64,000 nucleotides of DNA from Azolla caroliniana (taxonomy: Eukaryota > Plantae > Polypodiophyta), in assembly GCA_043228905.1 (NCBI GenBank), contig JBHGNT010000001.1, positions 5,704,001 through 5,768,000 of the forward strand, written 5' to 3'. A program made the position numbers and the translations under genes. A model generated the notes under the pieces. It was not told the origin of the DNA, ran no database searches, and saw only the letters and a program-made list of their open reading frames with translations. Positions within the stretch are counted from its first letter, which is position 1, and the number at the start of each line of letters is the position of its first letter. Positions 26,901 through 39,368 of the stretch are shown one piece after another.

Positions 26901-27430
26901 GACAGAAGCCGATCATGCCGATGGAACGGACAATCTCCTCTTGGGCGATAGTGGACTGGAGAGGCGAGATGAGCCAGGAAGAATTGCTAGCGGCGCGTAT
27001 ACGGCAGCTCGAGCGGAGGCCAGAGGACGTGGAACGAGCGGCGGAGAGACTTCGGACGGCGAGGATGAGGAACAAAGCCCGGTTAGACCAAACGCACCAG
27101 CTCCGACCAAAGAAAATCGAGGAAGGCGATTGGGTGCTAGTCTACGACATTAGCCTCGACAACCAGCACCGGGCAACACGGAAGTTTGCAAGGCGGTGGT
27201 TCGGGCCTTACGTGGTAACGAGTGCCAACGACAACGGGACGTATCACCTGGCAGAACTCGACGGTGCGAGGATGGTGATACCGGTAGCAGGGAAGCGGAT
27301 CAAAGCGTTCAAGAAGCGCCACGACGGCGAACCGGATCTAAGAGGCCTGGACAACGACGACGAACAGTCCGAAACGGAGGACGAACTAATGGACGAGGAA
27401 CCGGAACCTGGACCGGTTTTCTCCAACTAG
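23904..27430 (+). pseudogene. pol (RT-RNase H-integrase) of element C, in the -1 frame relative to gag-PR, with several in-frame stops
   Basis: RFIQDLQPVN, LPQGGTNS, PFLDDIPIKG (RT); ITVDTS..ELWG..ETDC (RNase H); H-x5-H..CESC, VDLV..ADRGE..VERGH (integrase); WFGPY; no chromodomain. Confidence 0.9.
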
Positions 27431-29645
27431 AACCCAATTTTGGCGCATACCGGTGGATGCGCGGTTAGGTGGGGGCGGATGTCGTGCAGAAAACCGTCCC
27501 TTAGCGCAATCGGTGCATAGCACGCGTGAATAGGCTCTTCACGCGTGTGCGCCCTTTAAATGTATATAATAGAGAATTAGGTACAAAGGTATGTCCTAGG
27601 TAGTTAGATTCGGTAGGTAGGAAGTTAATGAGGGAAATGGCTCCCTTCTGGAAGCTATAAAAGAGAGGGAGACGCGGGGAGAAGGGGATCGCGCATTGAG
27701 GAGGACGAAGTGCTGTCGGACCGTAACCGAACGCTTCTCCTCTGTTCGTTCCCCATCGCTCTTCTCTGCAGGGTTTTCGGGAGGCTCGCGCTGCTTCGAG
27801 GAACGCCGTGTGCTTCCGACAGCACCTCCATCCTATCCCCCTTCGTGCGTAGACGAACAGGCATCGACATCTGTTCGCCGGCCTGTTTGGTTGTAACCGT
27901 TCGCGTGCTCTGTTGTTTATTTGTCATTCGTTAATATACAAACATTTGTGTCTCTCTGTCTCTGTGTCCATTCGTGTCTTCTGCGTTGATTGGCCGTGCC
28001 CCCCCCTGTGTTTCTTTGCTCATACATAACCGGGCGTCTCTCTCTTTCTCTTTCCCCTTCTAACACCTGCTCTTCGGTTCAAGATCTCGGTGGTCCCGCC
28101 TCGTTTCTCCACGCACGCGCGTAGTAACGCGACACTGTAGTCACTCCGAGCAAGTTCAGCAACAAGTATCTGAAACCAAACCGACTCGGGTTCAAAACCG
28201 ACTAGAACGACATCGGGTGAGCCGACCGGCTGCACCCCACTAAGGTTCCTAGTCAACTCCGAACTGAGTCTTACCAACCGAAACCGAAGCAGATGGCATC
28301 AACATCCGGATCATCGGAGATGAGTCTAAGGAGGTTCAATGGTTCGAACTTCAACTTTTGGAAGGAACAAATGCAGGACTATCTCATAGTCAAGGGTCAG
28401 ATAGATCCGATTGAGAATGAAAATCCTCGAGAAGCATACAAGGCAAACGAGTGGCTAAAGCTGAACAGAATCGTCCGCGCCACGATTCGGATGCACTTGT
28501 CGGAGTCAATGTACTTCACAATGCAATTATGCACGACAACGTTTGAACTTTGGAAAACATTGTCGAAAACTATGAAAAGAAGGTTGCCGCAACGAAGATG
28601 TATCTGATCCGGCGCCTCTACAACTTGCGGATGAAAGAATTCGATTCCGTTTAGGCACACCTCAACGAGTACGAAAGCATAAGCTCCCAAATCTCGTCTT
28701 AGGGGACGACAATCGAGGATGAACTCAGAGCAATGACACTCATGGGTAGTCTCCCCTCTTCATGGGAAACTTGCTTACAACTGTGTGCAATGCTTCAACA
28801 GTTGCCGTTAAGTACTCCAAAGTCACAAGCGCAATCCAGACTGAAGCAGCTCGGAGAAAGTCTTTCGCCAAAGACTCGGCAGATGAAGCTTACGTAGTAC
28901 AAGGTTCGACCGACCGATCGAACAACCGGGGAAGAAGTTCTTCCCGACCGCCGAACAATCAGCGAAGCCAGAGCAAGTCCCGGGACAACCCAATCTGCAA
29001 CTATTGCAAGAAACTGGGACACATCAAAGCTGACTACCGGGCACTCAAAGCAAAAACCGACAAAGCTCAGAGAGCGGATCAGAAGAGTAGTTGGCATGAG
29101 GAAGTCAACTACATCGGCTCTTCAGCCGAAATTTTGACGACCAACCCGAATATATGTTCATAGAGAACCTAATCGAATCAGAAGTTCTGCTTACGACTGA
29201 GGAATCGAGCACATGGCTTCTTGACTCGAGCGCATCGTATCATGTGACACCTCACCGATCTCAGTTTCGGCAATACTCGGACCGGCACTCCGACTCAGTT
29301 CAAGTCGGAAACTCCCAACACTGTGCTATAATCGGAATCAGCACCGTAGAGCTCAACCTTCCGGGTGGCTCTACGCTCGTACTACACAACGTTTGACACA
29401 TTCCTGAGCTCTCAAGACCCCTGATCTCAGTCGGACACCTTGACGAAGCCGGCATCCGTGCCGGATTCTCATTAGGAGGGTGGTCACTCCACAAAGGGAA
29501 CCTCCTGCTTGCTTGAGGACCAAAGGTACATTCCTTGTATCCTTTATATGTCACACTCAATGAGGGTGACTTATTTTTGGTAGATATCCCCGTGTCATCG
29601 TTATGGCATTGACGACTTGGACACCTCCGTAAGGCCGGCATAACG

Positions 29646-32600
29646 TGTTGGAGACAAAGGCCGTCAATGCGGAAGATCAGATAACATTCGATTTGTTGCG
29701 GAGTACCTGCGTATGACAGTTTCTGAGATCGTGCAGAGAGAGAGAGAGAGAGAGAGGAGGCACAAAAGACTTTCTATTCAATAGAATCAAAATAATACAA
29801 CCAACCTTACAAAGAGGTTACAAGGTCACTTTATATAGTGACCGACTTAGGGCAAATACCATTTATGCTAATTACACAAATGGCCCAAACTTGAGCTATA
29901 CAAAGGGATAGTGTGAATACGTCCATTATACACTTGTATTCGACACTCCCCCGTAATGGGCGTATACATGGGTTATCTAAGATTATAGGTATAAAGCTAG
30001 GTTCTCGGACATATCAGTTTTGTTTGAGTCGGCAGGGTCCGAAGGCAGAAGACCGGACTGGTCGGGTCGGAAGAGTTGAAGCCGATCATTAAGGAACTGA
30101 TGTCGGTTGTCCGAAGCCATCCTGCGCTGTGTCCGGCTCTAACCGGACTGGTTTGTCGTTACGCCCATCTGATGCCGAAGGGACCGAAAGCGGTCTACCG
30201 AAAGACACTTGGTCATTCCATCTGCGACATTGTCGGTTGTGGATATTTTCTCTAGACCGATTTTCCCTGAAATGACGCAGTCCCGAACGAAGTGATATCG
30301 AACGTCGATATGTTTGGAGGCGTTGTGGTGAACCGGATTTCTCGACAAGGCAACAACACCTTGACTGTCGCTATAGACAACTGGAGCCGAGTCATGGTCG
30401 ACTTGTCGAAACGTGTGCGCCAGCCGGCCGAGCCACAAAGCTTCTTTTGCAGCGTCGGACGCAGCTACATATTCTGCTTCGGTCGTTGAGGTTGCTGTGC
30501 ACTCCTGAAGTTTCGACTTCCATGAAATTGCTCCATTGCCGAATTTGAAGCAGTATCCGGTTGTTGATTTCCGACTGTCTATACAGCCGGCGAAGTCCGA
30601 GTCGGTGTAACCGACAACGCCCGAGGTCGAGTTCGGACCGAAAAGAATGCCGTGGTCTTTTGTGCCAGCCAGATATTTGAACACATGCTTGACTGCGTTC
30701 CAATGCGATCGGCCAGGATTGTGCATAAATCTGCTAACGACTCCTACGGCATGAGAGATATCAGGCCGTGTCGCGACCATCAGGTACATAAGGGAGCTGA
30801 CTGCCGGTGCATACGGTACCGACTTCATATCTTCCCCCTCCGGACCGGATGTCGGGCAGTCTCGCTGAGAGAGCCGAAGATTCATGGGGAGCGGGGTTGA
30901 AGCAGATTTGGCTGATTGCATGTTGAAGCGTTCCAAGACACGTCCGATATAGTCGGTCTGAGACAAAAAAAGACGTCGTTTATCGCGATGCCGACTAATC
31001 TTCATGCCAAGTATGTGTCGTGCCGGACCGAGGTCCTTCATGGCAAACTTCAACCGCAGTTGCCGAATGAGATCGGCAAGTTCGCCCGCGTGGCGACCAG
31101 AAATTAGCATGTCGTCCACGTAGATGATGAGGAAGATGGGTGATCCATCTTGAGCTGTGTTGGTAAAAAGACAATGGTCCTCATCGCTTTTTGAGAAGCC
31201 GATCGATTGGATGAAGTCGTCGAACTTCTTGTACCATTGTCGCGGTGCCTGTTTGAGGCCGTATAGACTCCTCCTGAGTCGGCAGACTAGATGTTCTTGG
31301 CCAGTTGCCACGAAGCCTTTTGGCTGCTCCATATAAATTTCCTCTTCAAGATCACCATGGAGGAAGGCTGTTTTGACATCTAGCTGAATCAGCTCCAAGT
31401 TGTCGGCTGCCACTACGCCGAGTAGAAAACGAAGGGTTGTCATTTTCACCACTGGTGAAAAAATCTCGTCGAAGTCGACGCCATATTCTTGTCGGAAGCC
31501 CTTCGCAACTAATCTGGCCTTGTACTTTGGGGTGGTCGAATCAGACGTCTCTTTTAGTCGATAAACCCACTTGCAAGGAAGAGCACGTCGATTCTTAGGT
31601 AATTCGACCAGATCCCAAGTCTTGTTTGCCCGAATGGAGGGCATTTCCGACTCCATCGCCAGATGCCAGGTGGCTGAATCGACAGATGTCGATGCTTCTT
31701 CGTAAGACGTCGGTTCGCCGGCGTCGGTGAAGAAAATTCCAGGAGAATACCTCTCCGGAGGTTGCGACAGTCTCTCGGATCGTCGAGGTATGATTGGACT
31801 GGTCGCATCGGGTATCGAGGTCGGATGGTCCGAAAGCGAATCATTCGGCTGTGCCGAGTCGGAGTTGTCCGAGTCGGTGGTGTAAGGTTCAGCTACCCGT
31901 GAAGCTGACCGTGTGTTAAGAGCGGGGCCTTCTTGAAGGGTCGGCACATCGGAAAATGTTACCCTTCGGACTTCGATCGGTTTTTCGACTGATGGATTCA
32001 TAGCCGACTCGTTGAACACAACGTCCGAACTTCGAACGATTTGTCTGCGTTCGGGGTCCCAGAGTCGGTATCCCATTTCGCCGTCGGATCCATATCCAAG
32101 GAAAATGCATTTCCTGGACCGAGGTGCAAGTTTTCGGCGATCATCTTTCGGAATAAGGGCGTACGCCTCGCATCCGAAGATCCTCAGCTTGTCGTAATTC
32201 GGCTTACTGCCGATCCATAGTTCCTGAGGAATTTGAAGTCCTAGAGGTCTACTTGGCGACATATTAATTATGTGTACTGCCGTGAGTAGAGCCTCTGCCC
32301 AGAAGCCATCCGACAGTCCGGAGTGTTGGAGCATGGAAACTATCCGTTCTTGGATTGTCCGATTCATGCGTTCTGCAATCCCGTTTTGCTCCGGACTGTG
32401 TGGTGCCGTAAATTCACGTCGGATGCCGCGTTGTCAGCAGAATTTGACGAATTCTTCTGATTTGAACTCTCCCCCATTGTCGGTCCGAAAGCATTTCAGT
32501 TTTCGGTCAGTTTGATTTTCTACCATCGCGAGCCAATCGGAGAAGATCGAGAAGACACGATCTTTGGTGCGAATTGGATAAGCCCACACCTTTCGAGTCG

Positions 32601-35167
32601 AATCGTCAATAAAACTGACGAAGTAAGAGGCACCTCCGAGTGACTGATGCGGCATTGGGCCACAGACGTCCGAGTGGACTAAATCGAGAGGTCTCGTTTC
32701 TCTTGGTGCTGATGTCGGGTGTGATGCAGCTGCTTGTTTGCCATACTGGCAATGTTCGCAGAATTGATGGTCCGAGAAGGAGAGTTTAGGGATGTATCCG
32801 GCTCTAGATAGGTGCGTAATGCCGGCCTTGCTGAGGTGTCCTAATCTTCTGTGCCATAGTGATGACACAGGAATATCCACCAAAAACAGGTTACCCTCTC
32901 TGAGCGTAACATGTAACGGATACAATGAGTGTATCTTGGGTCCTCTAGCAAGCAGGAGGTTCCCCCTGTGGAGTGTCCACCCTCCCGAAGAAAAACCGGC
33001 ACGAATGCCGTCTTCATTTAGTTGTCCGACTGAGATCAATGGCCTTGAGAGCTCGGGTACATGTCGGACATTGTGAAGTACAAGTGTAGAGCCACCTGCA
33101 AGGTTGAGCTCTACTGTGCCGATTCCAATGATGTCACAGTGTTGCGAGTTGCCGACTCGAACTGAGTCGGAGTGACGGATCGTATATTGCCGAAATTGGG
33201 ATCGATGAGGAGTCACGTGAAACGACGCGCCCGAATCTAAGAGCCATGTGCTCGATTCTTCAGTCGTGAGCAGAACTTCTGATCCGACTGGATTTTCGAT
33301 CGATAGTATATTCGGGTCGTTTGGTAGCACATCAGCTGAGAAGCTGACGTAATTGATCTCCTCATGCCGGCCACTCTTCTTGTCTGATTTCTGAGACTTG
33401 TCGTTCTTGTTCTTGAGTGCGCGGCAGTCGGCTTTGATGTGTCCGGGTTTCTTGCAATAGTTGCAGATTCGATTGTCCCGTGACTGGCTCCGTCTTCGTT
33501 GCTTGTTCGGCTGCCGTGAGGAATCTCTTCCTCGTATGTTCGATCGGTCTGTCGAACCTTGTACTACATAAGCGTCGTCTGTTGAGTCTTTGGCGAAAGA
33601 CTTTCTCCGAGCTGCTTCGGTCAGGATTGCGCTCGTGACTTCGGAGTATTTAACAGCCGTGATTGACGCGTTGCACACGGTTGTGACGAAAGTTTCCCAT
33701 GATGAGGGAAGGCTGCTCATGAGTATCATTGCTCTGAGTTCATCCTCGATTGCCGTCCCCTGAGATGAGATTTGGGAGCTTATGCTTTCGTACTCATTTA
33801 GATGTGCTTGAACCGAATCGGATTCTTTCATTCGCAAGTTGTAGAGGCGCCGAATAAGAAACATCTTCGTTGCAGCGACCTTCTTTTCGTAGGTGTCTGA
33901 CAGTGTTTTCCACAGTTCGAATGTTGTCGTACACGATTGCACCGTAAAGTATACCGATTCCGAAAGGTGCATCCGAATCGTGGCGCGGACGATTCTGTCC
34001 AGCTTCTGCCACTCAATTGGTTTGTATCCTTCTGGAGGTTCTTCATTTTCGATGGGATCGATTTGCCCCTTGACTATGAGATAGTCCTGCATTTGCTCCT
34101 TCCAGAAGTTGAAGTTCGATCCATCGAACTTTCGTAGACTCATTTCTGACGAGCCGGATGTTGATGCCATCAAATTTGGTTTCGGTTGACGAAGCTCGGT
34201 TCGGAGTTGACTACGAACCTTGTTGGAGTGCAGCCGGTTGGCTCACCCGATATCGTTCTAGTCGGATTTGAACCCGAGTCGGTGCGGCTTCGGATATATG
34301 TATTGTTGAACTTGCTCGAATTGACTCCGGTAACTTGAGGGACAGAACCGACTGGTCTTCCCGAATGTTGCCGAGTCGGAGTGAGCCCGGTTCGCTTCCG
34401 AATATGTATGCCAAATACCGATTATTGAAACCGATTGTCTGGACCGATTCTGCTTCGGGTGACTGCAGCGACGAGAGAGACGGATCCAACTGATCCTCCC
34501 GAATGTCGATCAGCCGGATGAAGCACGAATTTGGGTTGTTGTCTTGAGACCGATCTGCACCGAGTGGTTACAATGAGCGGCGAGCAGCGTTTGATGACCT
34601 CTTCGGATGCCGTTTAACCGAGTGGAGCACGATCGTGTCAATGTTGCACAAGGGGATTTCACCTCGAGCGGTTACGATCATAAGGAACAGAGTACAAACG
34701 GCTGGCTTACTCCAAGCGAAGATGATCTAACGCGATGAGATGCAAGCCTCGTTTTTCTTCTTCTTCTCTCTTCTTCGAATGACGCAAGAAACCGAATGCT
34801 GTGCAGGCTGAGACGACGGCCGACAGCGGGTTGAAGGACCGAATACTGTGCAGGCTCTGATACCAAATGTTGGAGACAAAGGCCGTCAATGCGGAAGATC
34901 AGATAACATTCGATTCGTTGCGGAGTACCTGCGTATGACAGTTTCTGAGATCGTGCACAGAGAGAGAGAGAGAGAGAGGAGGCACAAAAGACTTTCTATT
35001 CAATAGAATCAAAATAATACAACCAACCTTACAAAGAGGTTACAAGGTCACTTTATATAGTGACCGACTTAGGGCAAATACCATTTATGCTAATTACACA
35101 AATGGCCCAAACTTGAGCTATACAAAGGGATAGTGTGAATACGTCCATTATACACTTGTATTCGACA
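29646..35167 (-). mobile_element. Young full-length Ty1/copia element F (Tnt1/Tork-like, same family as D); LTRs 34868-35167 and 29646-29945
   Basis: 300-bp LTRs differing at about 2 positions; perfect TSD TAACG; PBS TGGTATCAGAGCC at 34865-34853; PPT GGGGGAG at 29952-29946. Confidence 0.96.
30139..34170 (-). CDS. Copia Gag-Pol polyprotein of element F (~1343 codons) with one in-frame TGA at 32436-32434
   Basis: ORFs 34173-32434 and 32367-30139 are in the same frame. CNYCKKPGHIKADC, LLDSGASFH, WHRRLGH, HSDVCGP..RTDNGGEF, YKARLVAKGF, YVDDML, YTDSDFAG..KHIDVRYH. Confidence 0.92.
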
Positions 35168-36828
35168 TAACGCACCTATCCAAAGCCGGTTACATCCGAG
35201 CATTGCCAGTACGGAAAATAGGTAGCCGTATCACATCCGACATCAGCACCAAGAGAATTGAGTCCCCTCGATTTGGTCCACTCAGACGTCTGTGGCCCGA
35301 TGCCACATCAGTCTCTCGGCGGTGCTTCGTACTTCGTCAGTTTTATTGACGACTCGACTCGGAAGGTGTGGGCTTACCCCATCAGAACCAAAGATCGGGT
35401 GTTCATGTCTCCGAACCGACAATGGAGGAGAATTCAAGTCTGAAGAACTCATCAAATTCTGCCGGGAACGTGGCATTCGACATGAATATACATCACCCTA
35501 TAGTCCGGAGCAGAACGGAATTGCTGAACCCATGAATCAGACGATTGAAGAACGCGTAGTATCCATGCTCTAACACTCCGGACTGTCGGATGGCTTCTGG
35601 GCGAAGGCTCTACTTATGGCAGTACACATAATAAATATGTCCGCAAGTAGACCTCTAGGACTTCAAATACCTTAGGAAATATGGACCGGCAGTAAGCCGA
35701 ATTATGACAAACTGAGGATCTTTGGTTGCGAGGTGTATGCTCTCATACCGAAAGACGACCGCCGGAAACTTGAACCAAGATCACGGAAATATGTTTTTCT
35801 TGGATATGGACTGGACGGCGAGATCAGTTACTGACTCTGGGACCCCGAGCACAGACAAATCATTTGAAGTTCGGATGTTGTGTTCAACGAGTCAGCTATG
35901 CATAAAATGGTCGAAAAGGCCTATTGAAGTCCGAAGGGTAATATTTTCCGAAGTGCCAACCCTTCATGATGACCCATCCCACAACACGAGATCGGTGTCA
36001 CGGGTAACCGACAACTCTCGCACCGAATCCACCGATTCGGCACAACCGAATGGCTTGGCTCCCGACCATCCGACATCGACACCCGGTGCGACCAGTCCAC
36101 TCATACCTCGCAGATCTGAGAGACTGTCGCAACCTCCGAAGAGGTACTCTCCAGTAATTTTTTTTACCGACGCCGGTGAACCGACATCTTACGAAGAAGC
36201 ATCGACATCTGCCGATTCAGCCACATGGCATCTGGCTATGGAGTCGGAAATGCACTCCATTCGGGCAAACAAGACTTGGGACTTGGTCGAATTACCGAAG
36301 AATCGACGTGCTCTTCCATGTAAGTGGGTCTATCGACTAAAAGAGACGTCCGACTCGACCAACCCAAAGTACAAGGCCAGATTAGTTGCGAAGGGATTTA
36401 GACAAGAATATGGCGTCGACTTCGACGAAATCTTTTCACTTGTGGTGAAAATGACGACCCTCCGTTTTATGCTCAGCGTCGTGGCCGCCGACAACTTGGA
36501 GTTGATTCAGCTAGATGTAAAAACGACATTCCTCCATGGTGACCTATAGGAGGAAATCTATATGGAGCAGCCGAAAGGCTTTGTGGCATCCGGCCAGGAA
36601 CATCTAGTCTGCCGACTCAAGAAGAGTCTCTACGGCTTGAAACAGGCACCTTGACAGTGGTACAAGAAGTTTGACAACTTCATCCAATCGGTCGGCTTTT
36701 CAAAGAGCGACGAGGACCACTGTCTCTTTACCAAAACAGCTCAAGACGGGTCTCCCATCTTCCTCATCATCTACGTGGACGACATGCTACTCTCCGGTCG
36801 GCATGCTAGAGAGCTCATCGAACTGGTT

Positions 36829-39368
36829 GTAGGTGCAGCCAGAAGATGGTTTCTTCATCATATGGATGTAAAAAATGCCTTCTTACATGGTAACTTGGAA
36901 GAAGAAGTGTATATGTGTCAACCACCAGGTTTTGAAGATAGGAAGCATCCAGATTATGTATGTAAGTTGAAAAAGGCTCTCTATGGACTGAAACAAGCAC
37001 CAAGAGCATGGCACCGAGAACTTTCAGATTATCTGAAAAAACTTGACTTCAAAATGTCAAAGGCTGATTCATCATTGTATGTTAAAAGGAAAGATGATTG
37101 TATTGTTGTGATTCTGATTTACGTTGATGATCTCATCATTGGAGGTGATTCCATGGATGAAATAAGTAAGTTGAAAAGAAATTTGGAAATGAAATTTCAT
37201 ATGAAAGATTTGGGAGATCTGAGATATTTTTTGGGTATTGAAATCATCAGATCTGAAAGTGGTATATGTGTGTTGCAAAGACAATATGCAACAACTATGT
37301 TGAAAAAGTATGGTATGCTTGGATGCAAACCTATTGGAGTACCACTAGATAAAAACTGCAAATTGAGGGCTGATTTGGGAGCCAAAATAGAAGATGTAAA
37401 CATGTACAGGTCTATGGTGGGCAGCCTTATTTATTTGACCATAACAAGACCTGATTTGAGTTATGCAGTTGGATTAGTCAGCCAATTTATGCAATAGCCA
37501 ACAAAGCCGCATTTGGACTACATTAGAAGAATTCTGAGGTATGTAAAAGCTACTCAGAACTATGGATTGTTTTACAGGGCTGATTTTGACATAAATCTGG
37601 AAGGATATACAGATGCTAATTGGGCTGGAAGCCAAACAAATAGAAGATCCACAAGTGGATACATGTTTACATTGGGAAGTGCAGTTATTTCATGGAGTAG
37701 CAAGGAACATGCTACTGTTGCATTGTCTAGTACTGAAGCTGAGTACAGAGGAGCTGCCATAGCCACTTGTGAAGAGGTATGGATCAGAAGATTGCTTGCT
37801 GATTTGGGAGAGTATATAGATGGTACTGTCACAATCTGGTGTGACAACATGAGCAACATTCAACTTGCAAAAAACCCAGTGTTCCATGCAAGAACAAAGC
37901 ACATTGAAGTGCATTATCACTTTGTTAGAGAAAAAGTGATTGAAGGAGAAGTTGATCTGGTGTATGTGAATACAAATCAGTAGGTTGCTGATATTCTCAC
38001 AAAGGGATTGAGTGTGGAAAAGCATACATAGTTTCGGAACATGATGGGAGTTGTAGACACTGATATGATGGTTGAAAAGCATCATGGAAAAGAAGTTGTA
38101 GATAAGTTGAGCTTGAGGGGGAGTGTTGAGAAGCAAGCTCAACATGGTATGTGATGCTTATTGGGAAATAAGCTATAGTAGCTATTTAGCTACTTGTGAA
38201 CATAAAGGAGAAACAGCTAATTAGCGACTGATAGCTAATTAGCTACTGACATCTATTTAGCGACTGACAGCTAATTAGTTGCATACGTAAGTAACTTATT
38301 ACTTAGGTAGAAAGTAAGAGAGTAGGTAAGTAAGAAAGAAAATATACAGGAAGTAGAACTCCGAGAGAGAGAGAGTGAGGAAAGAGAGAAAGAACTCAGA
38401 GAGTCAGAGGAAAAGAGAGAAACAGACGAGAGCAAGTAGAGCTCCGCGTGTAAATGAAACAAAAGAAGTTTTGGTTGCTACAGAGGTAAGTTTCCTTCCC
38501 CCTTCCCTTTTGTGTTTGAGCACTAAATGATCTAGCACACCACGATCCGCCGCGCACATAAGAAGTGTTGGGAGACAGGTCCCTCCGGATGGGAAGGGAG
38601 AAGAACAGTGCCGATGAACAAACTCGGCCGAGGCCGAAACCGTATGAGGAGGACCCGACTACGGAGAGCTGGATGGTGCAGACCCGGTATGAACCGGATG
38701 AGGAGTACCTGGCTACGGAGAGCCGGATGATACAGACCCGGTGTGAACCGGATGAGGAGTACCCGGCTACGGAGAGCCGAATGGTGCAGGCCTGGTGAGA
38801 ACTGGATGAGGAGCACCCGGCTACGGAGAGCTGGATGACACAGACCCGGTGAGAACCGGAGGTAGAGACATATTCGTAAATATGTTTCTGAGAGCCCATC
38901 GAGACTATATTTGTAAATAGCCGAAAAGTCATATCAGTATAAATATGACTTAGGGCAAACATGTGTAGGTGTGGTTGTTATTTTCTTGTTGGTGCAAGAA
39001 GAAGAGCGAGGACGTAACGTTGTACAGAGAGAGAGAGAGAGAGAGAGAAAGAGGCCGCTGCCTCTGTTGTAACCGCCGCCTGTGGCAAAGATCGTGAGCA
39101 CGAGGTCGTTGCCTCCGTGAACTCACTGTTTTGTACATTCCAACATAGTGATAGTTTGCAGCCTGTGGGCTGCCGTGGTTTTTCCCTCTTTGGGTTTTCC
39201 ACGTAAACATTCTGTGTACCTTTTCTCTCCTTTGTGTCGCGTGTTTTTCCCGTTTCCCGTTTTTTCTGTGTATGAAAAGAATCTCGGTTGTGGCCGAGCG
39301 TTGTGCATAAGGAGCGTTTGAGTTCCCGTCAAGAAGAGCCCGAGTGCCTTCTTCACGTTTTCTTAACA
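36829..39368 (+). mobile_element. 3' half of a second, AT-rich Ty1/copia family (element J): RT-RNase H 36829-~38100, 3' LTR 38124-39368 (interrupted)
   Basis: [46 protein letters not shown]; PPT GAGGGGGAG; LTR TGTTGAG...CTTAACA. Confidence 0.88.
38566..39331 (+). mobile_element. Solo LTR (family M, copy 1) with 54-bp tandem repeats at 38637-38860
   Basis: TGTTGGG...CCCGTCA; perfect TSD AGAAG; TATAAATA near 38938; homologous to 42343-43082. Confidence 0.9.

Larger units (their letters stand above)
20415..28134 (+). mobile_element. Full-length helper-type non-chromoviral Ty3/gypsy element C (tRNA-Trp-primed); LTRs 20415-21724 (interrupted) and 27480-28134
   Basis: Two 655-bp LTRs once the inner insertion is removed, roughly 20 differences by eye; PBS 21729-21746; PPT GGTGGGGGCGGA at 27468-27479; 4-bp TSD CCGT / CTGT; order gag-PR-RT-RH-INT. 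Confidence 0.93.
19590..36828 (+). mobile_element. Ty1/copia element D (Tnt1/Tork-like), decayed: LTR 19590-19890, gag-pol remnants 28293-29645 and 35168-36828; interrupted by elements C and F; 3' end lost
   Basis: TG...CA LTR, iMet PBS TGGTATTAGAGC at 19893-19904, MASTSGSSEMSL gag, LLDSSASYH protease, LVHSDVCGP integrase, QLDVKTTFLHG and YVDDML RT motifs, many stops and frameshifts. Confidence 0.88.

Noticed and set aside
38637-38860. Regularly spaced repeats resembling a CRISPR array (also 39369-39900)
   Set aside because: Units are contiguous tandem repeats without unique spacers, lie inside LTR elements, and no cas genes are present.
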